Shown here: piece after piece, positions 1 through 11,596 of the stretch
How the letters are laid out: each line of letters starts with the position of its first letter
Numbering within the stretch: the first letter of the stretch is position 1
From: Priapulus caudatus
Lineage: Eukaryota
NCBI RefSeq assembly: GCF_000485595.1
Contig: NW_014577066.1
Coordinates: forward strand, 156,124 to 198,653
Length of the DNA stretch: 42,530 nt
Direction of reading: 5' to 3'
Translations under genes and position numbers: made by a program
Notes under the pieces: generated by a model
Database searches by the model: none
Told to the model about the DNA's origin: nothing
Seen by the model: only the letters and a program-made list of their open reading frames with translations

Positions 1-330
1 GCCTCAACAGTCCCACCTGTTTCACCTGTCCTCGACTGCCTCATCTGCCATAAGTTTCTCTCCTGTCTCAACTGTCGACTGCCTCATCTGCCATAAGTTT
101 CTCACCTGTCTCAACTGTCGACTGCCTCATCTGCCATAAGTTTCTCACCTGTCTCAACTGTCGACTGCCTCATCTGCCATAGCTGTCTCATTTGTTTCAA
201 CCATCCTCAACAGTCTTAGCTGTCTCAAATCTCTCGCCTGTTGGCAGTCACGCCTATCTCAACAGTCGCCCACCTCGTGTGTCTCACATATCTCGAGCAT
301 CTCGCATGCCTCAACGGTCTCACCCGTGTC
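1..330. repeat. Intronic 43-bp minisatellite, degenerating towards the hnRNP K acceptor
   Basis: Unit TGTCTCAACTGTCGACTGCCTCATCTGCCATAAGTTTCTCACC starts at 64, 107 and 150. Confidence 0.9.
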
Positions 331-378
331 TCAATGATGTCGCGTCGTCTCACGTGTGTTCGTCTCTCCATCCCGCAG

Positions 379-548
379 TACGCCGGCGCCATCATCGGCA
401 AGGGAGGCGCGCGCATCCGACAGATTCGCGCGCAGTCGCGTGCTCAGATCGAGATCGCCGAAGCCCTGCCCGGCTCCAACGACCGCATCATCACGATCAC
501 GGGAGCGCCCGACGCCGTGCAGAACGCACAGTACCTGCTGCAGATGAG
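379..548 (+). CDS. HNRNPK: hnRNP K penultimate coding exon (KH3 domain); the 5' part of the gene lies upstream of the window
   Basis: Pyrimidine tract + CAG acceptor (377-378) and AG|GTACGA donor (549). Encodes [56 protein letters not shown], with a GKGG loop and the DRIITITG...QNAQYLLQ signature of hnRNP K KH3. miR-7 in the next intron supports orthology. Confidence 0.96.
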
Positions 549-1441
549 GTACGAGATATATGAGCGCCGTATGAGCACGTATCAGATTTGCTCAAAAACG
601 TACGAAATCGGACGCGTGCGCATTGCCCATCTCTGGTGTATTCTTCCTCGAGGCGTATGTATATGGTATGTAATACGCATTTGTGCGTATTATTTTCCAT
701 ACGGTTGGTGATATGTGCAGCTGATAACTAATTGCATTGTGTACATGCTAGTAACGTGAGAAGAGTAGGCAGCCAGTGCTTTCAACGCTTCAATATATTA
801 TATCATCTCACCCGATATTAGGAAATAAGCAAAAGGTGTAGGCAAACTTGCGTGCCTGTATAAAAGAATGATATCAAGTAATGGGGGGGTGGCGTTCCTT
901 TAAGGGCGACTTTTCTGTGAAGAGTTTGATATCTTGAAATTTTACATAACATGGACATAAAAGTCGCTCATCGTTTCTGGCACGCTGCCAGATTGTTTGC
1001 TGAGCTTGTCTGTATGGCTGCACATGTACACGCGCGCGCGTTATGCGGTATATTAATTGAAGTCGGGCCAGTTCTTCTATGGCTTGCTGTTATTGAATTT
1101 CGTTGATGATATTACACGGCGTATCAACACGTAGGCAATTATTCACGATTGCTAAATGCCGTGTGCTGTGCGGTAGCGTATGCGTACGCAATCGCGGGTC
1201 GTCACTGCGAATCGCGAGGAAATTCAGAGGCCTCCACGGGCATTCCACGGTGAAACCTTTTCGATGCTGTGTGTTCTCCCGGACGTAGTCTATCCTCCGG
1301 CCGTGTTGCTGCTTCTCCGTGCGTATATGAGAGAGCGAGCAGCACCGCTGCTGAGAGCGGCCTGTATCGAGCCCAGGTTTTTTTTGCAATCGAAATCCTT
1401 ATTTCGTCTCCGCTGTAACTTTTTCTTCCTTTTTTTCTCCT

Positions 1442-1614
1442 GTTTTTGTTTCTCCTGTTTTCCCGTTATTGTCGTCGCCATGGTTGCGATGGCGTGCGTG
1501 CGTGCGGGCTGCCGGCTCGATTCATTAAGGAGAGTGATTAAATGTTAAACGACGCACGGCGAATCACACCGCCAGGTGCGGATGCTGCGCGTGTGCGTGC
1601 GCGAACATCGCTAG

Positions 1615-1694
<80 letters not shown>

Positions 1695-1713
1695 CTGTTG
1701 TTGCTGCTGCTGC

Positions 1714-1744
<31 letters not shown>

Positions 1745-1980
1745 NNNNNNNNNNNNNNNNNNNNNNNNNNNNNNNNNNNNNNNNNNNNNNNNNNNNNNNN
1801 NNNNNNNGTTTTTGTTTCTCCTGTTCTCCCGTTATTGTCGTCGCCATGGTTGCGATGGCGTGCGTGCGTGCGAGCTGCCGGCTCGCTTCATTAAGGAGAG
1901 TGATTAAATGTTAAACGACGCACAGCGAATCACACCACCAGGTGCGGATTCTGCGCGTGTGCGTGCGCGAACATCGCTAG

Positions 1981-2052
<72 letters not shown>
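1442..2052. repeat. ~175-bp segment plus (CTG)n tract present twice, once on each side of an N gap
   Basis: 1442-1744 and 1808-2052 are near-identical apart from a few substitutions and CTG tract length. Confidence 0.9.
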
Positions 2053-2135
2053 GTGCCTTTTACCTGTGTGCGCACGACGAGTGTGTACATGTTGATCAGA
2101 GAGAGAGAGAACCGTGGATAGACGAGAGCCGACCG

Positions 2136-2225
2136 TGCCGCCGCCTCGTTTGGAAGACTAGTGATTTTGTTGTTGTGATTTCGAAACGAAACAATGAGTC
2201 GCTATCTTCCCTACGATGCCCGGCA
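2136..2225 (+). ncRNA. mir-7: miR-7 precursor hairpin (mature 5p 2151-2174, star arm ending ~2213)
   Basis: TGGAAGACTAGTGATTTTGTTGTT is the conserved miR-7-5p sequence. It pairs with AACAATGAGTCGCTATCTTCC on the 3' arm, with a basal stem TGCCG/CGGCA and TCGT/ACGA. It sits in the last intron of hnRNP K, as known for Drosophila bancal and vertebrate HNRNPK. Confidence 0.98.
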
Positions 2226-2618
2226 GTGCGACGACCACGTGGCGCCATCTGGTGCGTGTGGTCTCCACGCGACCCCTCGTCGCAGCGAGCCAGCGCTGGG
2301 GGAGGAGGGGTGTGGGTCAGCTAGAAGACTCTATAGATCAGCTATATGCTGTGATACGCGTCGAGTCGTTGATTTTGTTGGGTAAACAACGGATGCGCGA
2401 ATGCCTACGTCGAAAGATCATGGCCACCAAATACATCAGCATTGCCGCTGCCAGTATAACGCATGTGTAACATGTCGTATCGCGTGTGTCGACGGAGTTG
2501 TGTATATGTATTATACGCGGTATCGTGTGTTGTTACAGACGCATGTGTAGTGTGTATGGTGTATGTTGTATTATATGTTGCAACGTGTGTGATGACGAAG
2601 GGCGTTGTGTTTTTGCAG

Positions 2619-2664
2619 CGTCAAGCAGCACATGACGGGCCAGGGCAGTGACGATATCTACTAG
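2619..2664 (+). CDS. HNRNPK: hnRNP K terminal coding exon, (S)VKQHMTGQGSDDIY*
   Basis: Acceptor TTTTTGCAG at 2610-2618. The phase-2 join AG|C gives QM-SVKQ, matching the QN-SVKQ end of vertebrate hnRNP K. TAG at 2662-2664. Confidence 0.9.
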
Positions 2665-2692
2665 ACCTCGCCACCACGACGCAGAGTGGGGC

Positions 2693-2700
2693 GTCTTCCA
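2693..2700 (+). promoter_or_regulatory. 8mer miR-7 seed site (GY-box, GTCTTCCA) in the hnRNP K 3'UTR
   Basis: Exact complement of miR-7 nt 2-8 plus A, 29 nt after the stop codon. Confidence 0.65.
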
Positions 2701-3563
2701 CGCCTCACATGCGGGAGGAGGGAGAGCAGCTCGCTCACACCATCACCGAGGAGGAGGAAGAAGAGGAGGAGGAGGAAGCGGGGGGGGGGGATGGGAAAAT
2801 TTGCTTCGAGCTGGTTTTCATAACTCGTGTTTTTAATTATGCTATTGCTGAATGTGCATGTACATTTGAGCCAGTAAATGTGCAGTGTGCGGGCGGGGCG
2901 GGGGGGGGGAGTCACTATGTATTCAGTGTTGTGTTCGCATTGTCTGTGTCAATGGGAGGGTTGCAAGTGGAGAGGTGGAGAGTGTGGTCACGCGGGCCTC
3001 CTCCGTCGACGCCATCTAGGGGTCATTTCGTCGGGTTGGTGCGATTTGCGAAGAATGGATTATACTTCTGCTGGCAGTACGAGGTTTTGAGGCTTCGTCG
3101 TTGTGCAGAGAAGTCGCTTTACCTTGTCCCCCTGCCTCTGCTCCTGTCTTCACCCCCCCCTTCCCACATTTACTTCCACCCTCTACCCCCGTCGTGCTCC
3201 TCCCCTTTATGCTCCCCTCTGCCCTCTCTTCGGTCAACTAGACTCAACACCTTCTTTCATTGTCATTCAGTGCTTCCAAGTTCCTATCAGCAGCGTATCT
3301 AGATGTTCGGATTTATCGGTTAGCGTGTAAAGCGGGTGGGCGCAGGGATTGCTGGTGGGCCGACGGTCGTTAAGGTTTGCGCTGCGGTTACCGTCTGCAT
3401 GAAACATAATAATTATCCGTGCGCGATGATGTCATCAACAATGTGGCGCGTGCGTGATGATGTCATCGATGACGTCATCACTGGGGGTTGTTGTCGTTGC
3501 TGTTGTTGTTGTTGTTGTTTGTGTGGACGTCGCCGCGATAACTCGTTCATTCTAAACTGTTCC

Positions 3564-3570
3564 GTCTTCC
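3564..3570 (+). promoter_or_regulatory. 7mer-m8 miR-7 seed site (GTCTTCC) in the putative hnRNP K 3'UTR
   Basis: Exact seed complement, upstream of the first AATAAA (3670). Confidence 0.5.
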
Positions 3571-3669
3571 GTCTGTGTTTATCGCAGGCGTTTGCAAAGG
3601 TACGCGTTAAATATATTTCAATGTGTGTGTATACATCAGTCTTATGGATAGTATTACTATTATAAAGGG

Positions 3670-3675
3670 AATAAA
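3670..3675 (+). terminator. Candidate proximal poly(A) signal of hnRNP K
   Basis: AATAAA hexamer; weak downstream GU/U element. Confidence 0.35.
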
Positions 3676-4967
3676 GACCAGTATTCCGGTAGATGGGTGG
3701 CGAGGGAGAATGCGCGCGAGCGTGGCAGAAAGAAGGAAGAAATCGCGTTTGTATCATGCCTGGTAGAAATATAGATGTACGCTAACACTAGTATTTTTGA
3801 TTAATTTTCCATGTATTTACATGATGCGGCCTCTATAGCGCCGATGACTATGTTGTGCCGTAACTGGGCCATGTCTGCCTGTGGGATCATTCTTTATTAA
3901 AATTATTTTGTAATAGCTAGTGAAATGCTCGACAAATTCGCCGATGGGATGGATGTGCGAACGGCGTTCTAGCATATGTAATAATCGACGTTGTTCATAT
4001 TATGTTCCTTTTAAACGTTTCCATTGGACGAATTCGAGAAGTGTAACCTGAACCCCACCCCGTCCCTCCCTACCGCTCGCTCGTAATTAGTTCAATCAGA
4101 GTTCGCTGGATCCGGATTCGGAATATTCCGGTGACGATCAACAGCTACTGTAAACGCGACATTTTTATCATCAGTTCTTTTACATTGATTGCGTGTTGTT
4201 GCTAGTGACTAATATTGACGTGTAAACTACTTTTCACAAGCCGTGCGCGTATACCGGCGTGTCGTCATTTGCTGCAACGTACGTGTGCGTCCGTGTGTGC
4301 GTGCGTGCGTGTGCGCGCATGCGTGTACGTGCATGCGTCCGCGCGTCCGTGCGTGCGTGTGTGTGTGTCATTAACAACTGGAGTCGCTTGTCGTGTCATA
4401 TTTCCTTTTGAACGTAGTGCGTCGTCAACACGTAACAAGTAACGCCTCTATGTATAGATATCGCGATGTAAATACTGGCTCGATAGACGCACGTCAATCG
4501 CTCAACCACCCACCCGCTGCGCGCGCGAGCAGCGAGTATTCACCCGCACGTCGGCTTGACGACAGGTGGCGCTGACGTGCCCGCGCGTCGATAACCGGTG
4601 CTGCACGGCGTCGATTGCTATTGATAGTCGGCGAGCGTGCTCATTAAAATGCGAGCGCACCATGCCCATGCCCGTGGCAGCGGCGGCGCAGATCGCCTGG
4701 GAACACGCGCAGGTTGGGGTCGTGTTTTGGTCGGCGAGAGAAAAGGAGAGTGGAGAGGTGAATTGAGTGCGCGTGCGTGCGTGAGCTGTGGTCGTGCAGT
4801 GGGATGTCTGTAGAGACATGTATTGCGATTATTTGCGGTATTAGTGGAGCGACTTGCAGGCGTCGCGTTGCTTAGTTACGAGCGCTGTTAGCGCGCGCGG
4901 CGCTCCCTGGTGGCGGAGACGCGACGTCACTGGCATAGACGGCTGAATACATGGATGTCAATTTTAG

Positions 4968-4977
4968 AATAAATAAA
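4968..4977 (+). terminator. Candidate distal poly(A) signal of hnRNP K
   Basis: Overlapping AATAAATAAA followed by a U/GU-rich tract (TTGATTCGTTGTTTCT). Confidence 0.6.
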
Positions 4978-5377
4978 AAGTACTTTTTTCTATTTAATCT
5001 GCTCTTGATTCGTTGTTTCTCTGGCACCGAGCGGTTGATCTATAAGAAGCTACTGGGATGAGGTGCATTGTTATGATCATAATGTGCTACAGGTTAATTA
5101 AGGAAGTCGGTCTCTATTTAGCTCCAAGAAACGGTATTGCTAGGGTTAGAATACTCTATAGACAATCCGTCGCACAGCCTGGTCGGGCTAGTTTCTATTA
5201 TGAGTACTAGCAGACTTTAATACCCGTACAACCACCAAATCGTGCTTTAAAATATAAACTTCATGTAAGTGACACGTTAAAGTTAAATATTTCATGCAAC
5301 TGAAAAGAAAACAGAAACAAAAAAAACATTTTGGGAAGAAACAAAGCGCAATTCTATAAGTGAGCAGGGGAAAAGGT

Positions 5378-5790
5378 GCTCAGTTGGTGACGGTGACCAC
5401 TTGGTTGAAAGGAAAATACCCCAAAATGTATCTATCCATCCATCCATCCATCCATCCATCCATCCATCCATCCATCCATCCCATCCCATCCCATCCCATC
5501 CCATGCCATCCCATGGGATCCGATCCGATTCCATCGCATCCGACCCCATCCCATCCCATCGCATCGGACCCCATCCCATCCCATCGCATCCAATCCCAAA
5601 CAGAGATGCAGTATAATTCCCACATATGTGNNNNNNNNNNTCCATCCATCCATCCATCCATCCATCCATCCATCCATCCATCCATCCATCCATCCATCCC
5701 TCCCATCCCATGCAATCCCATGGGCATCCGTATCCGATTCCATCGCCACCCGACCCCATCCCATTCCCATCGCATCCAATCCCAAAACAA
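5378..5790 (-). mobile_element. Helitron-related fragment with (CCAT)n/(CCCAT)n microsatellite, partly duplicated across a 10-N gap
   Basis: GCTCAGTTGGTGAC...CACTTGGTTGAAAGGAAAATACCCCAAAAT matches 37131-37175 inside the Helitron. Both are followed by a tetranucleotide microsatellite. Confidence 0.55.
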
Positions 5791-6516
5791 TAAAAAATAA
5801 TTATAAAGATAAAAGACATAAAAATAATAATAAATAATAATATTAGTAAGAATAATAATAGTAAAAAATAGTATAAAGTGATTTTTTTTCAATTTCTAAC
5901 CTTAATTTTTTATAAATAAATGTCAGTAAAAAAAATTAATTTTGAAATTAATGCCTGATATGTGGTCAGAACTACATACTAAAGACTCAAAAAGTTAAAG
6001 GGGAATTTGAACGGTTAATGAAACGGGGCTCCTACGACTCACTACGGGCGGCAGTCGAAGATGATGCAGTATAATTTCCCACGTATGTGATGTGGATTTG
6101 TACGCACTGCCATCTATTGTACGAATCGCATTTTTCGCAATTTTTGACTTTAATACATAAATCTTTTTAACTTGTTTTAAATTTTTTGTCTCAGCAGCCA
6201 ACCATCTCCCAGTAAAACGTGGTGCATTTCTTGATTGAATATATCTTCAGTTAGCGCGATTGAGTGACAAATCAGGGCGAAAAGCGAGGACAAACAAACA
6301 CACACACACAAGATTAGCCAAATTATAGTATAGATACTAAGCGAATACGAAGAGGCAAGATACGATGGTAAGGGCATCGACAGAAAATAAGAAGAACAAG
6401 ACATTAAAGAAGAGAAATTGTTACCACGGACGTGCCATTTGGTTACATCGATTCGTCCAGCTAATCGCACTTTCTTTAATTCGTTACGTAGTCGCCATGG
6501 TGACCACGAAAAAATA

Positions 6517-6888
6517 ACATGCGTCTAAACAGAGGAACTGCTCCGACCTGTGATTGGAGGTTAAAAATAGACCCCGCCCACTCCCGCCGCATACGCTATA
6601 CTATGACGGGTAGGAACGTGTACTAACTATCATTTGGAGCGAACGATTTGAGTTACATTTCTATAAATTCTAGCTATTATAGACACATGTCTTAGCCTTA
6701 ATCTCTGTGAATTTTGTCTATTGAAGCGCGATTAGTCTAATTAATTAGCAAATATGCACGCGCTGCTATGACCGGTGAAACGAAACGTCACGAATTCTAT
6801 TTTTATCCTCTAAAAATGGAAAAGTGGGCGGGGTCTATCTTTATCCTCCAATCACAGGTCGGAGCAATTCCTCTGTTTAGACGCATGT
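6517..6888. mobile_element. MITE with ~64-bp terminal inverted repeats, superfamily unassigned
   Basis: ACATGCGTCTAAACAGAGGAACTGCTCCGACCTGTGATTGGAGG...GACCCCGCCCA at the left end; its near-perfect reverse complement at 6825-6888; non-coding interior. Confidence 0.85.
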
Positions 6889-7344
6889 GAAAAATCCCTC
6901 ACGCGGTCGGCTAGACTGACACCACTGTCCCTTACGGCTGAACCCACAAGGGTTGATCAAGATACTGAACGACTTGCAGCATCAGTCTTGTCGCCGGCGT
7001 CAAATGTCGAACCAACTAGACTCCGTTCGTAATAACTGAACGTGAATGCGCACAGAGCGCGTCCGTTCTCGTAGCCACTTCGAAACACGAACAACGAGGT
7101 AAGCGCGATATCGCTGGTAAAAACAACGAGCTCGATGTCGTTGGTCAACAATGGTCGCAGAAGTCCTCGGTGCGCAAGATTACGTGTATGTACCTGATCA
7201 GGTAGATCGTGGCAGTGCGGTAGTAAGTTCTCATCATTTAGCGCGCGAGTCGCAATCGTCGTCTTCCGACGGGCGAAGGACAAGATCTGCGACGTTCTCG
7301 CCTTGTGCCGTATCACAGTTCTCCCGCGATCCATACAGAGCAGG

Positions 7345-7590
<246 letters not shown>

Positions 7591-7776
7591 ATAATTGCGC
7601 TTCATTGTTGATCAGATATGATGATCATAGAAACCTTGATTTTGTTGCACTACGTGCTTTCATTTGCTATGAATCCGTACATGTGAGGCGGTGTAGCGTG
7701 TAGCTTGTTGCATATCGTCAACTGGCTGCTACGTGCTACCATACCTAACATACATATATACAGCGTGCGTGCATAA

Positions 7777-7918
<142 letters not shown>

Positions 7919-8496
7919 NNNNNNNNNNNNNNNNNNNNNNNNNNNNNNNNNNNNNNNNNNNNNNNNNNNNNNNNNNNNNNNNNNNNNNNNNNNNNNNNNN
8001 NNNNNNNNNNNNNNNNNNNNNNNNNNNNNNNNNNNNNNNNNNNNNNNNNNNNNNNNNNNNNNNNNNNNNNNNNNNNNNNNNNNNNNNNNNNNNNNNNNNN
8101 NNNNNNNNNNNNNNNNNNNNNNNNNNNNNNNNNNNNNNNNNNNNNNNNNNNNNNNNNNNNNNNNNNNNNNNNNNNNNNNNNNNNNNNNNNNNNNNNNNNN
8201 NNNNNNNNNNNNNNNNNNNNNNNNNNNNNNNNNNNNNNNNNNNNNNNNNNNNNNNNNNNNNNNNNNNNNNNNNNNNNNNNNNNNNNNNNNNNNNNNNNNN
8301 NNNNNNNNNNNNNNNNNNNNNNNNNNNNNNNNNNNNNNNNNNNNNNNNNNNNNNNNNNNNNNNNNNNNNNNNNNNNNNNNNNNNNNNNNNNNNNNNNNNN
8401 NNNNNNNNNNNNNNNNNNNNNNNNNNNNNNNNNNNNNNNNNNNNNNNNNNNNNNNNNNNNNNNNNNNNNNNNNNNNNNNNNNNNNNNNNNNNNNNN

Positions 8497-9150
8497 GACA
8501 TGTGGAGAGAAGTAGATAGAGGGAGGACGTATGTGGACATGTGGAGAGAGGTAGAGAGAGGGGGAGGACGTATGGGGACATGTGGAGAGAGGTAGAGAGA
8601 TGGAGGACGTATGTGGACTGGTAGAGAGAGGGGGAGGACGTATGGGGACATGTGGAGAGAGGTAGAGAGATGGAGGACGTATGTGGACTGGTAGAGAGAG
8701 GGGGAGGACGTATGGGGACATGTGGAGAGAGGTAGAGAGATGGAGGACGTATGTGGACTTGTGGAGAGAGGGAGGACGTATGGGGACATGTGGAGAGAGG
8801 TAGAGAGATGGAGGACGTATGTGGACTTGTGGAGAGAGGGAGGACGTATGGGGACATGTGGAGAGAGGTAGAGCGAGAAAGGAAAGACGTATAGTGACAT
8901 GTGGAGAGAGGTAGAGAGAGGGAGGACGTATGGGGAAATGTGGCGAAAGGTAGAGAGAGAGGGAGGAGGTATGGGACCATGTGGAGAGAGGTAGGGAGAG
9001 GCAAGACAGATAGAGGAAATGTAGAGGGAGGCAGGAAGATGCGAGGACAGATGGGGAAATGTAGAGGGAGGCAGGAAGATGCGGGGACAGATGGGGAAAT
9101 GTGGAGAAAGTGAGAGATGCAGGACTGGTGGGGAAATGTGGAGGAAGTTA
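8497..9150. repeat. Purine-rich ~70-bp minisatellite, degenerating to the right
   Basis: GACATGTGGAGAGAGGTAGAGAG recurs at about 8577, 8647, 8717, 8786 and 8853. Confidence 0.9.
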
Positions 9151-9811
9151 GGGAGAGGCGGGGCAGATGGGGATGTGCGGAGAAGGGCAAAAAAGCGGAC
9201 GGAGATGGGAAAATGTAGAGAGAGTTAGGGAGCGACAATGGCAGTTGGAGAGAGGTAGAGAGAGACATAGACAGATGGGGACATGTGTATATAACAGCAG
9301 AGATAGAGAGGGAGAGAAAAAGATAGAGAGAGATAGAGAGTGTATATGCGGAAAGAGGTAGAGAAAGGTATATAGTACAGGCAAGAAGAAGTCGAAAAAA
9401 CACGAGAGTCATGGGCAGATAGGTAGATAGAACAGGGGTGGTGCCGTATCTGTTCTCATGCTGGTACTATGCCGCTTGAAATGTCGCCCCCGTGTGCGCC
9501 CGACGTTCGGGAAGGGACGGTGCGTAATGATCGCACGTCCTTCAGCGAACGAACGAAAAATATAACAAACCAAAACTGAAAATAATGACCTGGGATCCAG
9601 AGCGCGCCCATATATATGGTTCGTTGTATAGTCTGGCAGTGCATATAGAGCGCTTAGTACGCGAACTGATGCGGTTCGTTACGATAACAGAGCGTGCCTA
9701 ATTTCCTCTCGTTTATGATAAATGTGAAATAAAATATTCATGCTCGCTAAAAAAAACACGTTTTCGGGAACGCAGCTGCTTTAGACTCGCGAATGCATCC
9801 AGGCGCGCGCT

Positions 9812-9842
<31 letters not shown>

Positions 9843-9868
9843 CTCTTCTTCTCTCTCTCTTCTCTATC

Positions 9869-9899
<31 letters not shown>

Positions 9900-9925
9900 T
9901 TATTATTATATATATATCGCTCGTC

Positions 9926-9967
<42 letters not shown>

Positions 9968-10169
9968 CTCTATCTAGCTATCACGCGCGCGCTATCGCTC
10001 TCGTTCCCTTTCTTTTTTTCTCTCTCTCTCTTCCCCTCTTTATTTTGGTTGTTGTACGTAGCACACGGGCAGGAACGCGAGCGACGACCGCGTAAATAAT
10101 TAAATCGGTGAGATTAAAACCCGGGTCGCGTGTCTTTAATCACACGCTATTGACAGCCGTGTACGGTCG

Positions 10170-10234
10170 GCACCGCACCGCACCGCACCGCACCGCACCG
10201 CACCGCACCGCACCGCACCGCACCGCACCGCACC
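10170..10234. repeat. (GCACC)n pentanucleotide microsatellite
   Basis: Direct inspection. Confidence 0.95.
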
Positions 10235-10564
10235 CATCGAGCGAGCCATCTCAATTACGAATGGTTTTTATGTCGATGAACCTTCGGCGGTTTCATCACG
10301 GCATGCGACACGGACGCAGGTATAGCTCGACGGGCTTCATTGTTGCTTTAGCGGAGGCTGCGGTTAGCGACGACAGGGTTTTGCGCCGCAGCGCCATGGT
10401 TACGAGACGCTGCGAGGACAAGTGTGCGGTAACGAGCGCCTCGGCTCGCCCAGCACAATCCGATTCAGCTTTTGTGCTCACCCAGCTATCTGTGAAGCAT
10501 CGCCGCGTAAAGGGTGCAGGGCGGACGGTGGTTGAGGCAAGACTCGCCTATCAAGACGAGTGAA

Positions 10565-10925
10565 TTTACGATGCACAGCTCTCGAGAGCAAGCCCCTGCC
10601 CATGTTGAACGCCTAAGATCGGCCGAAGATATTTATCTTGGCTCGCATCGGCGACGAGCGACGTGAGCGTCATTTCCATGTACATTAGCATGGGTTAAAG
10701 TTGTGGCGGGGTGCTGTGGCCAAAGTGAAAACTTAAGGTCGGATTTTACCATGCACATCTCTCGAGGGCAAGCCCCTGCCCATGTTGACCGCCTATAAGG
10801 TCGGCCGAAGATATTTATCTTGGCTCGCAACGGCGACGATAGACGCGAACGCAATTTTCATCCACGTTAGCATAGACAAATATTGTTGCGGGATGCTGCG
10901 GCCGAAGTAAAAACGTTTAGATCAG
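10565..10925 (-). repeat. Two tandem units of the ~180-bp repeat family, reverse orientation
   Basis: CGGCCGAAGATATTTATCTTGGC at 10620 and 10802 is the reverse complement of GCCAAGATAATTTTCTTCGGCCG seen at 12916 and in 38700-39470. Confidence 0.8.
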
Positions 10926-11026
10926 TATTTAAGCCTCCACACAGGGCGCGAGCGCGCAGAAGACGACGGAGGACGGGGGTTGAGACAGCGGAGGTAGACG
11001 CAGCAATGGTTGAGACAGCGGTGGTT

Positions 11027-11240
11027 TATATTATATATATTATATATTATATATTATATATTATATATTATATATTATATATTATATATTATATATTATA
11101 TATTATATATTATATATTATATATTATATATTATATATTATATATTATATATTATATATTATATATTATATATTATATATTATATATTATATATTATATA
11201 TTATATATTATATATTATATATTATATAATATATATTATT
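11027..11240. repeat. (TATATAT/ATTATAT)n 7-mer AT microsatellite
   Basis: Direct inspection. Confidence 0.95.
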
Positions 11241-11447
11241 ATTATCTCATATATGCTATTACTATTATCAGGAGTAAGATAATATAGGAGGAGTATGACA
11301 CTCAAAAACACGAGAAATTCAACATTTGCTTGCCTAATTTTACCGATGATATATTACGTGCAACTCGATAAAAATGACATCTAAATTAGCGTTGGACATC
11401 CACCTCACACTCAAACTTTACTTTGTTTCCATACCTTTTTTTTATGG

Positions 11448-11489
<42 letters not shown>

Positions 11490-11596
11490 TCTTTTTATAT
11501 ATACACACATATATACACACTATATATATACACACATATACTATATTATGTTATATTATATAATATCCTATAATATCTTACTCGCGCGCATCCTAT

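Noticed and set aside
241..711. 156-aa ORF as a stand-alone protein
   Set aside because: Only 379-548 is KH-like. The rest is intronic read-through on either side of clear splice sites.
1542..2324. Poly-Leu and poly-Gln ORFs
   Set aside because: Translations of intronic (CTG)n tracts and an N gap.
2322..2390. Second miR-7-like copy (TAGAAGACT ... GATTTTGTTG)
   Set aside because: The two fragments are ~40 nt apart, the seed is mismatched, and there is no star arm.
6957..7330. GC-rich open frames on both strands as a coding exon
   Set aside because: No recognisable domain in the frames read, and the ORFs are anchored in microsatellite.
10105..10160. tRNA or SINE head on the minus strand (GACCCGGGTTTTAATCTC resembles a B box)
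   Set aside because: No cloverleaf, a poor A box, and too short to support.
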